Positions 36,598 through 50,575 of a stretch of DNA of 64,000 nucleotides are shown here, piece by piece. Location of the stretch: positions 11,842,001 to 11,906,000 of the forward strand of contig NC_090350.1 of assembly GCF_035084215.1 (NCBI RefSeq), written 5' to 3'. The notes beneath the pieces were generated by a model that worked only from the letters and a program-made list of their open reading frames with translations, did not search any database and had not been told where the DNA came from. Position numbers and translations under genes: made by a program. This stretch comes from Heptranchias perlo (taxonomy: Eukaryota). Every line of letters starts with the position of its first letter. Within the stretch, counting starts at the first letter, position 1.

Positions 36598-36892
36598 GTA
36601 TGCCTGTGACTACATTATTTTTAGTCAGAAATCCTAAAACTTTAATGGGCCCTTTCATTATTCTGAAATCATTTACTATACTGAATAAAATGCCATTATT
36701 AAAGCGCAAATTACAGACTGCAGCCCAAAATGGACAAAATTGTTAAGTTATTTCCCAGCTCTGAAAGGAGGGAAGAGAAGGAATTTTTGGGCTGCTGAAT
36801 TTTTTTTTACATACACTGAAAGGAACATTGATTTAGAATAAATGTTGTCCACAAAACTAGTTCCTAACTGAGCTCCATGACAGAAGCATAAT

Positions 36893-37095
36893 TTTTTTTA
36901 CGCAGCTAGTTGTTATGATCTGGAATGCACTATCTGAAAGAGCGGTGGAAGCAGATTCAGTAATAAATACTTAAAAAGGAAAAATATGCAGGGTTATGGG
37001 GAAAGAGCAGAGGAGTGGGACTAATTGGTAGCTCTTTCAGAGAGCCGGCACACACACAATGGCCGAATAGCCTCCTTCTGCTGTATGATTCTATG
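36893..37095 (+). mobile_element. CR1 3' fragment
   Basis: FFTQLVVMIWNALSERAVEADS plus ctgtatgattctatga tail. Confidence 0.75.
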
Positions 37096-37534
37096 ATAAC
37101 CCTTTAAAGAGTGGAACAGAAAATGTGTATTCAAACTGTACAGAAAATGACTTCTGCACATGTACTGTTAATAGTCGTGTGTCTTTTTTTCTGAAAGCTG
37201 CCCAGCACCCTCAACTCAAAAACTTCACACTGGCATTAGACTGCGGTTGATGCCACGTGCAGTTGCATAAATGTACCTTCAGGACAAAATAGGTGTTTTA
37301 CAAACAACTTTGGCATCACTGTGAAATCATACAAAACTCAGTTAGAAGGCCCAGTAACATCTGTACTTGGAATGACTTGTGGTGTCTCAATTGTGACTGA
37401 ATAATTGATTACACGCTTGCAAAAATGAAAGCTGTGATAATAGGTTGCCATCCAAACCTGTTTCGGGGAATCATGTTTAATTTCTGGATCCTGCCAGATG
37501 ATTGACAGAACTTTTTGTTATTTGCTTTTAAAAG

Positions 37535-37649
37535 TTTTCAAGAAATTGACCTGAGCAAAGAAGCATTCCTTTTTAATGATACGCCAAAGGAAGAGGAGTG
37601 GTTCAAAGCTGTGTCTGAAAGTCTTCATCCATTGGCCACATATGCAAAG
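37535..37649 (+). CDS. INPP5B: INPP5B exon
   Basis: FQEIDLSKEAFLFNDTPKEEEWFKAVSESLHPLATYAK; aag|...|gtaaaa. Confidence 0.96.
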
Positions 37650-38869
37650 GTAAAATTATTGTGTTATCCTTAAGGGTTTTCAATTCCTGTCAGGATAGTG
37701 CAATATAATTTGGTATAATTCTAATATCATTATTTCTAGTAACAACATAGCAGAAGCATCAATTTATAAAGAAGATTAACCTTACCCAGAGATTGTAAGA
37801 GAACAACGTACCTTGCAATAAGTCGTTAAGAATTGCCATGTTCCTGGTTCCTGTTCAGTTAACTGGTGTCAACCAGGGCAAATGTGGGACAGCATGATTG
37901 AACTCTGAACCTGGACTAATAGACGAGATCAGCAAGGACTGTTGCTCCTGACTGCCACTGAGTGACCTTGCGGGAAAGTACAGATGTGTGGAACTTGGGC
38001 GAGCACAGCATCTAGTTACGATGGCCCCATTGTCAAATAGCATGCAAATGGGTTAGTGCTCCTGTTGTACGCCAGAAGCACGTATCGGGAAATTGCGTGG
38101 CCCCGGCCCGTGATTTTCCGACCATGGTGACATGGAAAGTCCCAGTCTCCTTGTCAAGGCTTACATGTGAAGAACACCTTTTCGATAAAGTGGTGAGGCT
38201 GCCAACCACTGTGGATCCAAGCCCAGCATGAATCACTGCCTTCAGGAAAGGAGGGGAGAAATTGGTTGTTTGCAGGGGAGGGGGAAATTATTATTCAATC
38301 CAGTGTACAAGTTGTCTTCCCCTCCCCCCCCACCCCAAACTACAGTGTTTGAGATATTGAAACATGTAGCCATGTTAATCTTTAAATACTTTACTGTATT
38401 TCTTTGGCTGCTGTGGTACTCCACTTTTCTCTATTTCTTACAGAATAAGAGAGTCCAGGTTGCAAGCTCCTTGTTAGTGCCAGATAAACCTCCAGCTTTG
38501 TTCAGAGCTTGTGCTTGACTAATACAGAATTGGTTTTGAAATTCTGTTTCCCTCGTCCAATCACTTAGAGGCAGCGCTCACATTCTTTCTAAAAAATCTT
38601 CGTTACTTTTGCACAATGTAAGCCCCAAGTTATGTAGGAACAATTCTTTCCTAAACTTAAATAATTTGCGTTTATTATTTCATTTTTATAAAGTCAGTCA
38701 GATAGTGAGAGTGATGCAGTGGCTCCAACTGGATTCGGAGACCCAAAGTTGAGGTCCATTGTTGAGTCCGGGGTCTTGGAATGCAGTAAACATCTTGGTT
38801 CAACTTTGGTCTGAAGTTATTGCCGAGGCAACCTTAAAGGAGACCCTTTAAGTCAATGTAGGTCTATGA

Positions 38870-39310
38870 GCACCCATCACCCCTGTGCTTGCTGACCTAC
38901 ATTGGCTCCCAGTTCAGGAACACTTCAATTTTAAAATTCTCATTCTGGTTTTCAAATCCCTTCGTGGCCTCACCCCTCCCTGTCTCTGTAACTTCCTCCA
39001 GCCCTACAACCCTCCCATGATCTCTGGGCTCTTCCAATTCTTGCATCTTGCGCATCCCCTATTTTAATTGCTTCATCATTGGCGGCTGTGCCTTCAGCTG
39101 CCTAGGTCCTGGAATTCCCTCCATAAACCTCTCTACCTCTCTCCTCCTTTATGGCGCTCCTTAAAACCTGCATCTTTGACCAAGCTTTTGCACCAATATC
39201 TCCTTATGTGGCTTGTTGTGAAATTTTGTTTGATAATCGCTCCTGTGAAGTGCCTTGGGATGTTTTACTACGTTAAAGTTGCTATATAAATGCAAGTTGT
39301 TGTTGTTGAG
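38870..39310 (+). mobile_element. L2 LINE 3' end
   Basis: PITPVLADLHWLPV...FKILILVFKSL; tail gctatataaatgcaagttgttgttg. Confidence 0.8.
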
Positions 39311-40058
39311 ATGGATAGCTTTTGGGAACTAGAATACAGTTGTGAAGGTGTGGCATCCCTCTGTTCCATGTGAATGAGCATTGGCAGTGAGTTTTTTAAA
39401 GAAGTTATCCTTGGGAGGTGGGCATCGCTGGCATTTATTGCCCATCCCTAGTTGCTGACTGAGTGGCTTGTTAGGCCACTTCGGAGGGTAGTTAAGAGTC
39501 AACCATGTTGGTGTGAAACTGGAGTGACGTATAGACCACACCAGGTAAGGATGGCAGATTTCCTTCACTAAAGGGCATTTCAAATGATCAAACTGCCACA
39601 GTGGGATTTGAACTCGCATTTCTCTGGATTTCTAGTCCAGTAACATAACTACTACACTACTGGACCCCGTGTTGGAAGATGAATCAACCAGGAGACAGCA
39701 GAGGCATTTGGAGCCGAGCCCCATCCTGTCCTCTAATTTCCAGCAGGAATGAAACTACATAATGATTAGAAGTGGGACATTCAATGGATTTTTTTCCCTC
39801 TCTTGCCCTCGGGGTAGGGTACTGAGGTCAATTGCAGCACTCCTAACTGCCATTTCTAAGATCAACTAACGCAGATGATTTGATTTAACATCTTAAGTTG
39901 GTGCAAATCTGATATAAAGGCCCCAGTTCTAGTGAGGCAGTTTAATAGTTACCATATACCACTACTGTTCTCCAGCTCTGAGCTAAGTTTATATGCTCGG
40001 TATCAAAAGATGAAAAATGGTTATTTGAAGCCCCAATAAAACACATCTTCTATTTCAG

Positions 40059-40175
40059 ATCAAGCTCGTCCGGCTGGTTGGAATGATGCTTATATTGTAT
40101 GTGAAGAAAGAACATGCTGCCTATGTCACAGAAGTGGAAGTGGAAACAGTAGGAACAGGCATCATGGGAAGAATG
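40059..40175 (+). CDS. INPP5B: INPP5B exon
   Basis: IKLVRLVGMMLILYVKKEHAAYVTEVEVETVGTGIMGRM; cag|...|gtaagt. Confidence 0.97.
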
Positions 40176-40334
40176 GTAAGTAAGGTGGATTGAAAAAAAT
40201 CTTAAGAATATTTGGGCAGTCTGGTGTCCGTTGGGTTGATGAATGATATATTTCTGAGGAGATACTGTCACAATAGTAGATAGAGTAGGAAACAATTTTG
40301 TAGGTAAAGCACATAAATCTGCTCATCTTACCGA

Positions 40335-41165
40335 GGTTGGCCTTCATCTCAAGGGTGCTGGAATACAAAGGGAAGGAAGTTATGCTTCAGTTGTACAGAG
40401 CCTTGGTCAGAGCCCATCTGGAGTACTGCGTGCAGTTCTAGGCTCCCTCTCAGGAATGATAATGGCCTTGGAGAGGATACAGCGCAAATTCATCAGAACG
40501 ATACCAGGGTTTAAAGGATTAAATTATGAGTTCAGATTACATAAACTAGGCTTATATTCCCTTGAGTTTAGAAGTAAGGAATCTTACAACACCAGGTTAT
40601 AGTCCAACAAATTTATTTTAAAATCACAAGCTTTCGGAGATTATCTCCTTCGTCAGATGATCCTTCTTCATCTGACGAAGGAGATAATCTCCGAAAGCTT
40701 GTGATTTTAAAATAAATTTGTTGGACTGTAACCTGGTGTTGTAAGATTCCTTACATTTGTCCACCCCAGTCCATCACCGGCATCTCCACATCATGAGTTT
40801 AGAAGGTTATGGGGCGATCCATTCGAGGTCTTTAAAATGATAAAGGGATTCGATAGATTAGATACAGAGAAACTATATCCTCTAATGGGAGAATCAAGAA
40901 CAATAGGGGATAATATTAGGCCATTCAGGAGTGAAATCATGAGGCACTTTTTCACGCGAAGGGTAGTAGAAATCTGGAACTCGCTCCCTCAAAAGGCCAT
41001 GGATGCCAGGACAATTGGAGCTTTCAAGACTGAGATCGATAGATTTTAGTTAGGTAAGGTATCAAGAGATATGGAACATAGGTGGGTAAATTGAGTTGAG
41101 ATACAGATCAGCGATGATATAATTGAATGGTGCAACAGTCTTGAAGGGCTGAATGCCTACTCCTG
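40335..41165 (+). mobile_element. CR1 3' fragment (interrupted by a Penelope remnant)
   Basis: LYRALVRAHLEYCVQF...FFTRRVVEIWNSLP...FKTEIDRF. Confidence 0.85.
40575..40793. mobile_element. Second palindromic Penelope-like remnant with hammerhead-type motifs on both strands
   Basis: Arms 40574-40660 and 40668-40754; flanking duplication tgagtttagaag (40563-40574, 40794-40805); same 3' tail as the copy at 8886. Confidence 0.85.
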
Positions 41166-42342
41166 GAGGCTTGAGACAGGTCTTCAGCCTGTTCTCTTGG
41201 GCAGGGCAGATGTATGGTATGGCAGACTTAAAGGAGAAAAAAAAGGGTACTGAAATAAATTGCCAGAGGAAAAAAAGTCTTTGCTGGACTGAGCATTCCA
41301 TTATGTTTCAGGAACTAGTGTATCGCAATTGCTGTAACTTCACTGTAATGTGGAATTGTGCCTCTGGTACTTTCTCCCTTGGCTTAACAGACCCCATTCT
41401 CGCACTATGGGGATATACGGTGGTATATAATATTGTTAAGTCCCTCTGCATTGAGGCCTACAAGTGCTATATATGTTTCAACTGGTCACTGTTAAGAGTG
41501 TTGAGACTAATCAAGGTACAAAGAGGCATGGAGGAAAAAAAATAAAAGGTTGTCCTGAGTCTTATCAATGATGAAACTTCCTATTCTAACTGTGCCTCAG
41601 AAACTTACAACTGAAACATATTTTAACACACAAGATCAGTAACAAAAATATATGTAAGCATCCTCTCTCCCACAAACCTGATCATAGTTACAATTGCTGC
41701 TTTGTTCATGGTGATTTGACATTTATGCTGCAATCTAATCTAATATTTATATATGATAAAATTATTCTGGCTAGTGAAATTAACAGGAATTTCTATTTAT
41801 TTGCTTACGCATTTATCGTAATTATAGTTTTTAGGCACTGTCATATTAAGAAGAAAAAAATTAGGTAACGATGCATTCCTTCAGAAACTGCAGAGCACTC
41901 AGCCATCCATGTATTTACTCACAGGAGCGAACTTGTGACTATCACTGCCAGCAGGTGGCAGTGAGAAACAGACTGTCTGCCTTCTTGACAGATGCATGTG
42001 GTAGTGGAATTTATTTGTGACTGGTACAGGGGAATACTGTGACTGTTTCACAGTATCTCATAATGCAGCACAACAGTGGCCAATAATCTGACTGTCAATC
42101 TGGTAATTTGTAGTTCGCAGCAGCAATACTAATAAACTGATGCAGAAATGAAAGTGCATGTAATTTCAAAGGCACCTTAAATTGGAGAAAATATTAATAG
42201 GTAGTTTTGATTTTATTTAGGCACTGCCATCTAGTTTTGTGCATCTATTTTAAGTATTATAAGAATGATCTGAATTAAGATTGGAAAAGGAACACCATTG
42301 GAGAATAGATGTTAGTCACTCAGATTATATATAAACTATTTA

Positions 42343-43102
42343 GGGGCCAATTTTCCTGCCCCTCCCCTGGTGCTGGATAAGGATGGAGTCTCCTGTGCAA
42401 TTGCTGGATGTTTCAGTTGTTATGGGTGCGCTGATGAGAGAAGAGCCCGATGAGAGAAGAGCCTGGACGCACATATATGGTGCACATATCACATTGAAAG
42501 CCAGATGAGGCAGATAGACAAGTTGCCTTGCTTGGCAGCCAGAACAGCATGTCCAAAGTACGCTGTACCTGTCCAGACAGAGCTGTAACCGATTTTGGTT
42601 TGCCATGTTATTAAAATAGCTCAGGCACACCCCTTGGCACAGGATGGCCCCCTTTCCCCTATTGCCAGAAGACCGAGCAGGGGAAAGGAGTGCAGCTGTC
42701 GGCCTGGCTGCCAGCCTCTGGGCATTCTGGCTGCTGCTCTCCACCAGAGACCAGGAAATCCTGAAGATCCGGCGAGTACCTTCAGGGGTCTTCTTCTGCT
42801 CGCTGTGTGGTTCCCCCCTCAAACCCTCCAGGCTGATGGGGTGCCCTGGTCAAGCCCTCCACCAGTTTCCTGGGGTGCCCCTGCATCTGGGGGCCCCAAA
42901 AGAAGAGGCAGGAGGCCAGGAATACTCCTCCCACCTTATTCAGTGATGGGCCTGTGCTTATTGCCGGCTTGGGGCCCCCTTCCCCCCAGAAGCCCTGGAA
43001 ATCAGGGAGCAATAGGTATAAAGGCCTCCATCACCTCTTTCTTAATTATTTCATCCAGGGACTGGGTGGTCTTTAGGTGAAAATGTCAGGAAAATTGGCC
43101 CT
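42343..43102. mobile_element. MITE (Harbinger-like)
   Basis: ggggccaattttcctg / caggaaaattggccct terminal inverted repeats. Confidence 0.65.
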
Positions 43103-43153
43103 CTCTTTTTCCCATTTCATGTTCCTCTTTGTTGCTTACCATTTTATCCTTTG

Positions 43154-44022
43154 CCCACCCCCAAAGATAATGAAGCAGTCCAAGCCCACATGCAGCAAGA
43201 CCTGGATAACATCCAGACTTGGGCTGATAAGTGGCAAGTAACATTTGCGCCATACAAGTGCCAGACAATGACCATCTCCAACAAGAGAGAGTCTAACCAC
43301 CTCCCTTTGACATTCAACGGCATTACCATCGCCGAATCCCCCACCATCAACATCTGGGGGTCACCATTGACCAGAAACTTAACTGGACCAGCCACATAAA
43401 TACTGTGGCTACAAGAGCAGGTCAGAGGCTGGGTATTCTGCGACGAGTGACTCACCTCCTGACTCCCCAAAGCCTTTCCATCATCTACAAGGCACAAGTC
43501 GGGAATGTGATAGAATACTCTCCACTTGCCTGGATGAGTGCAGCTCCAACAACACTCGAAGCTCGACATCATCCAGAACAAAGCAGCCCGCTTGATTGGC
43601 ACCCCATCCACCACCCTAAACATTCACTACCTTCACCACCGGCACACTGTGCCTGCAGTGTGTACCATCTACAGGATGCATTGCAGCAACTTGCCAAGGT
43701 TTCTTCGAAGGCACCTCCCAAACCCGAGACCTGTACCACCTAGAAGGACAAAAGCAGCAGGCACATGGGAACAACACCATCCGCACGTTCCCCTCCAAGT
43801 CACACACCATCCCGACTTGGAAATATATCGCCGTTCCTTCATCGTCGCTGGGTCAAAATCCTGGAACTCCCTTCCTAACAGCACAGCGGGAGAACCTTCA
43901 CCACACGGACTGCAGCGGTTCAAGAAGGCGGCTCACCACCACCTTCTCAAGGGCAATTAGGGATGGGCAATAAATGCTGGCCTCGCCAGCGACGCCCACA
44001 TCCCGTGAACGAATAAAAAAAA
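43154..44022 (+). mobile_element. Non-LTR retrotransposon 3' end (CR1/L2 superclade, a second family)
   Basis: QQDLDNIQTWADKWQVTFAPYKC...RAGQRLGILRR...SKSWNSLPN...QRFKKAAHHHLL; tail gggcaataaatgctggcc...gaataaaaaa, which recurs inverted at 59565-59630. Confidence 0.85.
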
Positions 44023-47000
44023 GGCGTGGGGCAGGCTTGCTGTCTGTTCAGGGCTTTCTTCTGTATGGGTGAAACCAACCGGAACATTCCTCTCGGACTT
44101 AAATGAAACTCACTGTGTGGAGTGGTAAACAGCTCATTTAGATACTGCATTTTACACAATCCTTGCCGGACATTTTTATTCCTGGGATATTAATGTAATA
44201 TTTATAAATTAAAGAGACACTAATTTCCCCTTCAAATGCCCCGTTCGTTCATTTTACGGGTTTAAAAATGAGGCATGTGATTTAAATCATTGTTAAAAAG
44301 AGACCTTTCTGCTTCTTCATGCGGCACAATTATTGTGTAGCTATCCATTTATTTCACTTATAGACCTTATTACCTCAAAACAGAACTAAGGTAAATGTAA
44401 CCTCAAAAATGATCTATTTTTAGTAATTGATATTTCCTGTCACAAGATGTTAGTTGCTTGCATTGTTGCTTTGGAGTTGAGTGGTAATTTTGCTGGTGGT
44501 TCTACTTTGTGCTGCCTTTGAATTTTTGAACCGAATTGCAATGGGAAGTAGTGGTGAGAAAAGATTTACTGTGTGACATTGGGAAGATTTAACTCGGAGA
44601 TCCTAAGGACACATGTTGGTCATGTATTTCCCTCCCAATGTCATCTGTTAAACTATTCTCCTGCTACTCCTGGGTCAGCAGTTCTATTCTAGTACTGCAA
44701 TTCTACAGCTTCCTTTTTCTTATGTGAGACAGTAATAAATATGTATCCTTTAACTGAAGGATATGCAAGCTTCTCAGCAAAATAACTAGTCTTCCTGTGT
44801 CTCAGACTACACATGCGCTTTAGGTTTCAACAGCGAGTAGTATAGACCTGCAACAGGTTTGTAAATGGTCGTCATCCTTTTAAAATGCAGTAACAATTTA
44901 TAAACCAGACACATACTGCACATAATGCTAAAGTCCTGATCTTAGCAATGTTGATATGTTGATGGGATGAGATGAAGTAAGGTGGGAGGAGCCTCAAGTG
45001 GAGCATAAATACCGGCATAGACCTGTTGGGCCGAATGGCCTGTTTCTGTGCTGTAAATTCTATGTAATTATGCCTGTGTACACCTTCAGGCAGAAACTCA
45101 TAGTTGGTCACACATTCCTTCACCTATGTTAAATCACAAGTGTAAGAGAAACTTTTATGATTAAAAATTTATAATCATTCAGATTAGGAAAATTTTTTGA
45201 GCTACAGTTTTGTGCTTTTTATGATACAGTAAGAATCTCAAATATCCTCCCGAGTGCGGATAGCGGCGAGTCTCCAAATTCCACTGGCAGCTGCTCTGGA
45301 TTTTGAATGCAGTGCCTTTTCTCGTCCTTGTGCCTCAGCCTCGCTCTGTCCAGCAGCACTCCCCTCGTTGCTCTGTTCCTGCTGGCGAGATCATATAGCA
45401 CAGGAGCACCCGTGTCTCAGCTGATCTAAGGGCCTGAAGCTGCCATATGCACTGGACCTCAAGTGCTGGCCCAGCTGTACACCCAGAACGCCAGCCAATG
45501 CTCCTCCAAGTCCACCAGCAGTCTCCAGCTATAGAGGTGAATACCAAAGGCAGCATATGCTCATCTTCAGAGATCCTTTTTTGCCACCTCCATAACACTC
45601 ACCTTAGCAGAGCTGCTGACATAATAATATAACTAATAAGTGCTGTCTCAGCGGAGTTACTGACTTACATAATAGAAATAATAATAGTTGTAGCTCCTTT
45701 CGTGTCCTTTCGTGTTTTACACAATGAATTAATTTGAAGACATTTTTGAAGTGCATGGACTGTTGTTAAGTAGGTTAAGCCATCTGATGCAACATTCAAC
45801 ATGTCTTCCGCTCACTGGCACAGAAGTTAGTTTAAGTAGGTAGGCTGTATTAATTTTAAATCTGCCCCGCCGAGAGTGCTCAGAGCGAGATTGCTGGAGG
45901 TGAGTGCACACCGTCTTGAACAGTCACCTCTTTAGCTGGAGCACTTTTTGATGACTCGTTAAGGTTTGCAGAACTGCTGTTCCAGCATCAGCCAACGTTG
46001 CAAGCCAGGATAGAAATGAGATGATGAGGAAGAAATGCTGGCAGCCACCAATGAAAGTTCATGCAACTAGTGGTAAAATAGGTAACTGAGATTCCACTGT
46101 TGTGGACGAAATAGGTAACTCTGAGGCCCAATGCTAAGGGGGAAGTGAAAGGGACAAAAATAAAACTGCCCCCGCTCCCATGACTCCAAAATCTTATTTT
46201 TAAAATAAAGTGTGATTGAAGAAAATAATCTAATCTCACAGTTTGGATTACAAACTGCTTGAGCTTTTCTCTGCTAGTTTTTACCATGATCTTAATCCCT
46301 TGAATGCACCATTACATTGTCATTGCTCCCTCCATTTTTGTTTTCATATGTGTACATTGGAAATGTGATGGTTTTGCCCATGTTTCTTTTGTTGGTGAAC
46401 ATTCCATTGTCTTTCTGCAGCTTCACATTTAAGCCCTGAGTGATGTACCCATTACAGATTAACATTAACAGTGGACATCGCAGGGAACCAGAACTAGTAA
46501 TGTTTGAAAATGGTATAGAGTTCCAGTGCCTGACATAACACGACTGTTCTGAGACAGGACTGCCTTTGTCTGTACTGTTGCACAGTACTCAGCTCCTGCC
46601 ACTATATATGGCACCAGTACGCTGTGGAACTGCCTTAGATTGTTGTGTCCAGAATTGGGTCCTGCCAGTTACTGTTAATGATTAACCTGTCTCCCACCAA
46701 ACATTCACTCATTGGTAATTCATAGTGAATATTCTGTTTGCCATTTTTTTTACATAATTTTAAATAGATTTTCAGGTTTGTAACTGGTCTCCTGCTTACA
46801 TTATCAACATTTAATGTGCTGGAGTTATTGTAACAATAAAAGGAATGTGTGTAAATATGGTTTAGACCCAAATTATGGTGAGAATTGAGGATAAATTCCC
46901 CCTTCTTGTCTGTGGTATTCATGCAGCATCCCCAGCCAAAGTGGTGGGTGTTCTCAACCTAGAGCTCTGTTAATGCTACTCTTGTACGCAAATAATGATA

Positions 47001-48645
47001 CAGTCTTTATTTATTTGCTCATGAGTTCTACTTACGTGAATCTCCTGTGGCCTTGCTCACAGTTAGTTGGAGGAAATAGTATATCTTTTAGCTGTATCTT
47101 GTTGTGGTTGAGGGAGGTTATAGCACTACCTCTGGAGCAAGAAAGAACAACAGATTCTGTTCCCCCTCGATTTCAATGGACAGCATAATCGTGCTACCAA
47201 TATATTATATAATTGAGTTTCTCACCATCTTTTTCTTCTGCCCTCCCATCCCTCCCTTCCTGAAATCATTGGCCTCATTGAGGAACGGTTAGATGGATCA
47301 GCCACCTCCCCAAAGTGGTTACTCTTGTATTAGCCTTGATGGTGATTGTCAGCAGGCTACTCGACAGCAAGGAGGCATCACAATGGAGCTCGGTCCTGCC
47401 CTCACCAGACATCCACATGTGCCGACATCCAGCAGGGTACAGTTGATTGTAATCAGGAGTGGAAACTCCAGACAGTTTTCCCATGGGTCCCACTACGTCC
47501 CTAGCTGAGATCAAGCAACTCAGCACAGATCGGGGATCAAACCTGGCGGCTTCTTAATCTGTATGGCTCAGCTCAACACTGGATCAACCCACTGAGGCAT
47601 TGGGATAGCACAATATTTTAAAAAATAAATATTTCAGCTCTTCTCTTCCCACCCACGGATGGGAAATATCTATCCTTCTGCAATGAACGAAGAAAGAAAG
47701 TGGTAACGGCCCCCAGCTGGCCTGCCGTCACCCACACAAAATCTCATGGATAACTGAAAACACAGATAACATGCGTGCAGATCATTAAGGCTCAACCGTA
47801 CTCTGAATGTGAATCTAAAGGTACAGAGCAAGCAGGAGTGAGGATTCCAGAAAAGTTATCGAGCCGAATCTTGTTGGAGTGGGGTATCTCATGGCACCCT
47901 TCAGCTCAAAACATTTTTGCGGCGTAACGGTGTGGTGAGGGCAACGGGGCATCTGGGACTTCAGTGAACAGTGGGACCAACATTTTACCTCCTTAACCAA
48001 TAATATTTAAGGACTGAGAAAGAAGCAGAGGAAAGGTGGAACAGGAGGGTGAATTAAAGTCAAATCAGGTACAGAAAAAGAAATAGAGGGAAAGAAGGAT
48101 TGGATTAAGAGAGAGAGAAATAAAAGAGACAGGAAGGAAAAGTAAAGACAAAAAATTAAAATTTGATATTTTTAAAATCTTTAAGAACAATTTTCCACTT
48201 GAAGGAATGAGAGTCCACAGTTTAAATTTTTCAATTTCTGGGCCAGAGTGATTGATTAGCAATGCATTAACAATTATCACGTAGTTAAAAAGGTACCTAT
48301 ACTGTTAATTACTAGACTTACCTTTCTGTGGCGAGTTTAATGGGCAATTAATGTGCAAATCCAGCAAATTCTTCAAAATAACAGGGAGGCTAAGAGTGAG
48401 ATGCCATTTAGCTGAGGCTTAAATCAACCAGCAAGTTCTCGAGATTTGCAACTCACGGCGCATCTCTTAATCCCTTGAACTTGATGATCGATTTGCACAT
48501 TAATAACGGCGCGCGTCATTAACATGCCATTATTTTTCTAACAAAGTCTGGCCCATTGTGAAGTCCTGTATCATTTTGTTCTTTGTCTTTCTAAATCTCT
48601 CTCTTAAACTTTCCCAACTATCCTTTTCCTATTTTTCCCTCCTAG

Positions 48646-48833
48646 GGTAACAAGGGTGGAGTGAGCATAAGGTTTCAGTTCCATAACACCACCTTGTGTC
48701 TCGTTAACTCGCATCTCGCAGCTCACACAGAAGAATGTGACAGACGGAACCAAGACTACAAAGAAATCTGCAACAGAATGCGCTTCATTCAGCCTAACCT
48801 GCCACTGACAGCTCTCTCAATCATGAAGCATGA
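48646..48833 (+). CDS. INPP5B: INPP5B exon
   Basis: [47 protein letters not shown]...KHD; tag|...|gtaagt. Confidence 0.97.
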
Positions 48834-49024
48834 GTAAGTCTCCAACATCAGTTGGCTATACTTCTGAAAAGGTTCCTTGCACAAGATACATTTCTTTCAG
48901 AGTGAGTCCTGCCTGTGATTCAGGAGAATACCTCATACTTCTACATTGGTTCTAGGAAACATCCATTTTCTTCATCAATCATTATTTGTTGACGTCATGT
49001 AGGAGGCAGCAGTCAACACCCCCT

Positions 49025-49025
<1 letters not shown>

Positions 49026-49059
<34 letters not shown>
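49026..49059. repeat. (CA)n microsatellite, about 17 units
   Basis: Seen directly. Confidence 0.95.
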
Positions 49060-49061
<2 letters not shown>

Positions 49062-50463
49062 GGCTGCAAGGGTATTTTGTATCAGTTGGTGTGATATTGA
49101 GGAGTGCAAACCAGGAAGATACAAAGTTCAATAGAGTCTCTGCTGAGTTTGCCGATCTGAGTAAGGGCAACATTGACAGTGCTGTAATTGGTCACCATCC
49201 TCCTGGGCTGGTTGGGGGGATATACATCCTGGGTTCCTACCTCTGTGGAGAAGAGTTTCTCTGTGTGAAGTTTGTAGTGAAATCATAAACGCATTTATGA
49301 TAGTGAGCAGAGGGAATCTTCCCCCTAACACCTCCCCCCTCCCCCCCCGGGTCCTTGTGTAATGTCCACTGTGAAAGAATAGCTTGTTGGCATTCGCCGT
49401 CCAGGCTCACATACGAAGAACAGTCAGGGTTGTTGGGTTAGATCTTGGGCTAGATACCGTAGTCACTTGTAGAACCGCACCTTTGCGGAAGTCATCACCT
49501 TTAGGAGAGGAGGAGAGAAAATTGAAAAAGAAAGAAATGGAGGCAACAGAGTGTTAGTTAGTGGTAGCATATTTAACTGGCAACTCTTTTTTGTTAACTT
49601 CTCCCCCCACAACCCCCTCTCCAGTTGCAAAGACAATTCCAGATCCTGATGTTATCTCCCAGTGCTGCAGTAAGAAGACGCTGTATCAGTAGGTTTTTTA
49701 AAACTAATGTCCATGTTAGCCTGTCAGCATGGGTTAGTGAGTCACAAAATAAGACAAGACCACCCGCACATCCTCATGGAGAACAGATAAGAGTCTTGTA
49801 TGCGCTGTAAAGAATATTTTCATCTCTCAGGTCTTTAGAGCTGCACATGTATGGCAATCATTAACCAGCAAGAAAGGGATTATCAGAACTACCAACTGTT
49901 GTAGTGGATTTGTTGATAGCGTCATTGTGAGCTGTGACTTCCTTGCCTAAGATTTGGTCCTTTCTAAATTTTACATTTGAGATGTAGAACAAGCAATTGT
50001 TTTATTTAGTTATTTTCTTCCCTTTTATTAATTTGGGAGTGTTTTTCTAAAAGATTGGAGTGAAGTAGAATAGATGGAGCTTTGTCTACCCTGAAAGTGC
50101 TTGGTGGGACAGAGTAGAGGGGCTTTGAGTCTGCACCTAGCCCATGCTGTTCCTGAGCCAGTTCATACCCTCAGTTATGATAATTCAGTGACTGCTGCTG
50201 GAAAGTGCACGTGGCAGTGTTGGGCGATAACATCAGCTATGTTTTCCACTGCCAAGTAGCCCGCTGACACTTACTGTCCAGACTCATACATGAAGAATGC
50301 TTCATAGTTGAATGTGTGGTGTTAAACTGATGATATAAATGTGTTGCAGGCAAGACCACAGCAGCCTTGTTCTACATAAAAGTGTGATCTGGAAAGATCT
50401 TCTCTTTGTTCCTAATGAGGATATTTTTACTACTTTGTTCTTTTTCTTCTCTTTATAATAAAG

Positions 50464-50575
50464 CGTGGTACTATGGCTTGGCGATCTGAACTACAGGATA
50501 TGTCATCCGGAGGTAGAATCAATTAAAAAGCTAATAGCAGCGAAGGATTATAAGAAACTCGCCAAATATGATCAG
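50464..50575 (+). CDS. INPP5B: INPP5B exon with catalytic motif WLGDLNYR
   Basis: VVLWLGDLNYRICHPEVESIKKLIAAKDYKKLAKYDQ; |gtaaga. Confidence 0.97.

Noticed and set aside
42340-43080. Overlapping 160-aa ORFs on both strands
   Set aside because: They lie within a GC-rich MITE where stop codons are rare, and have no recognisable domain.
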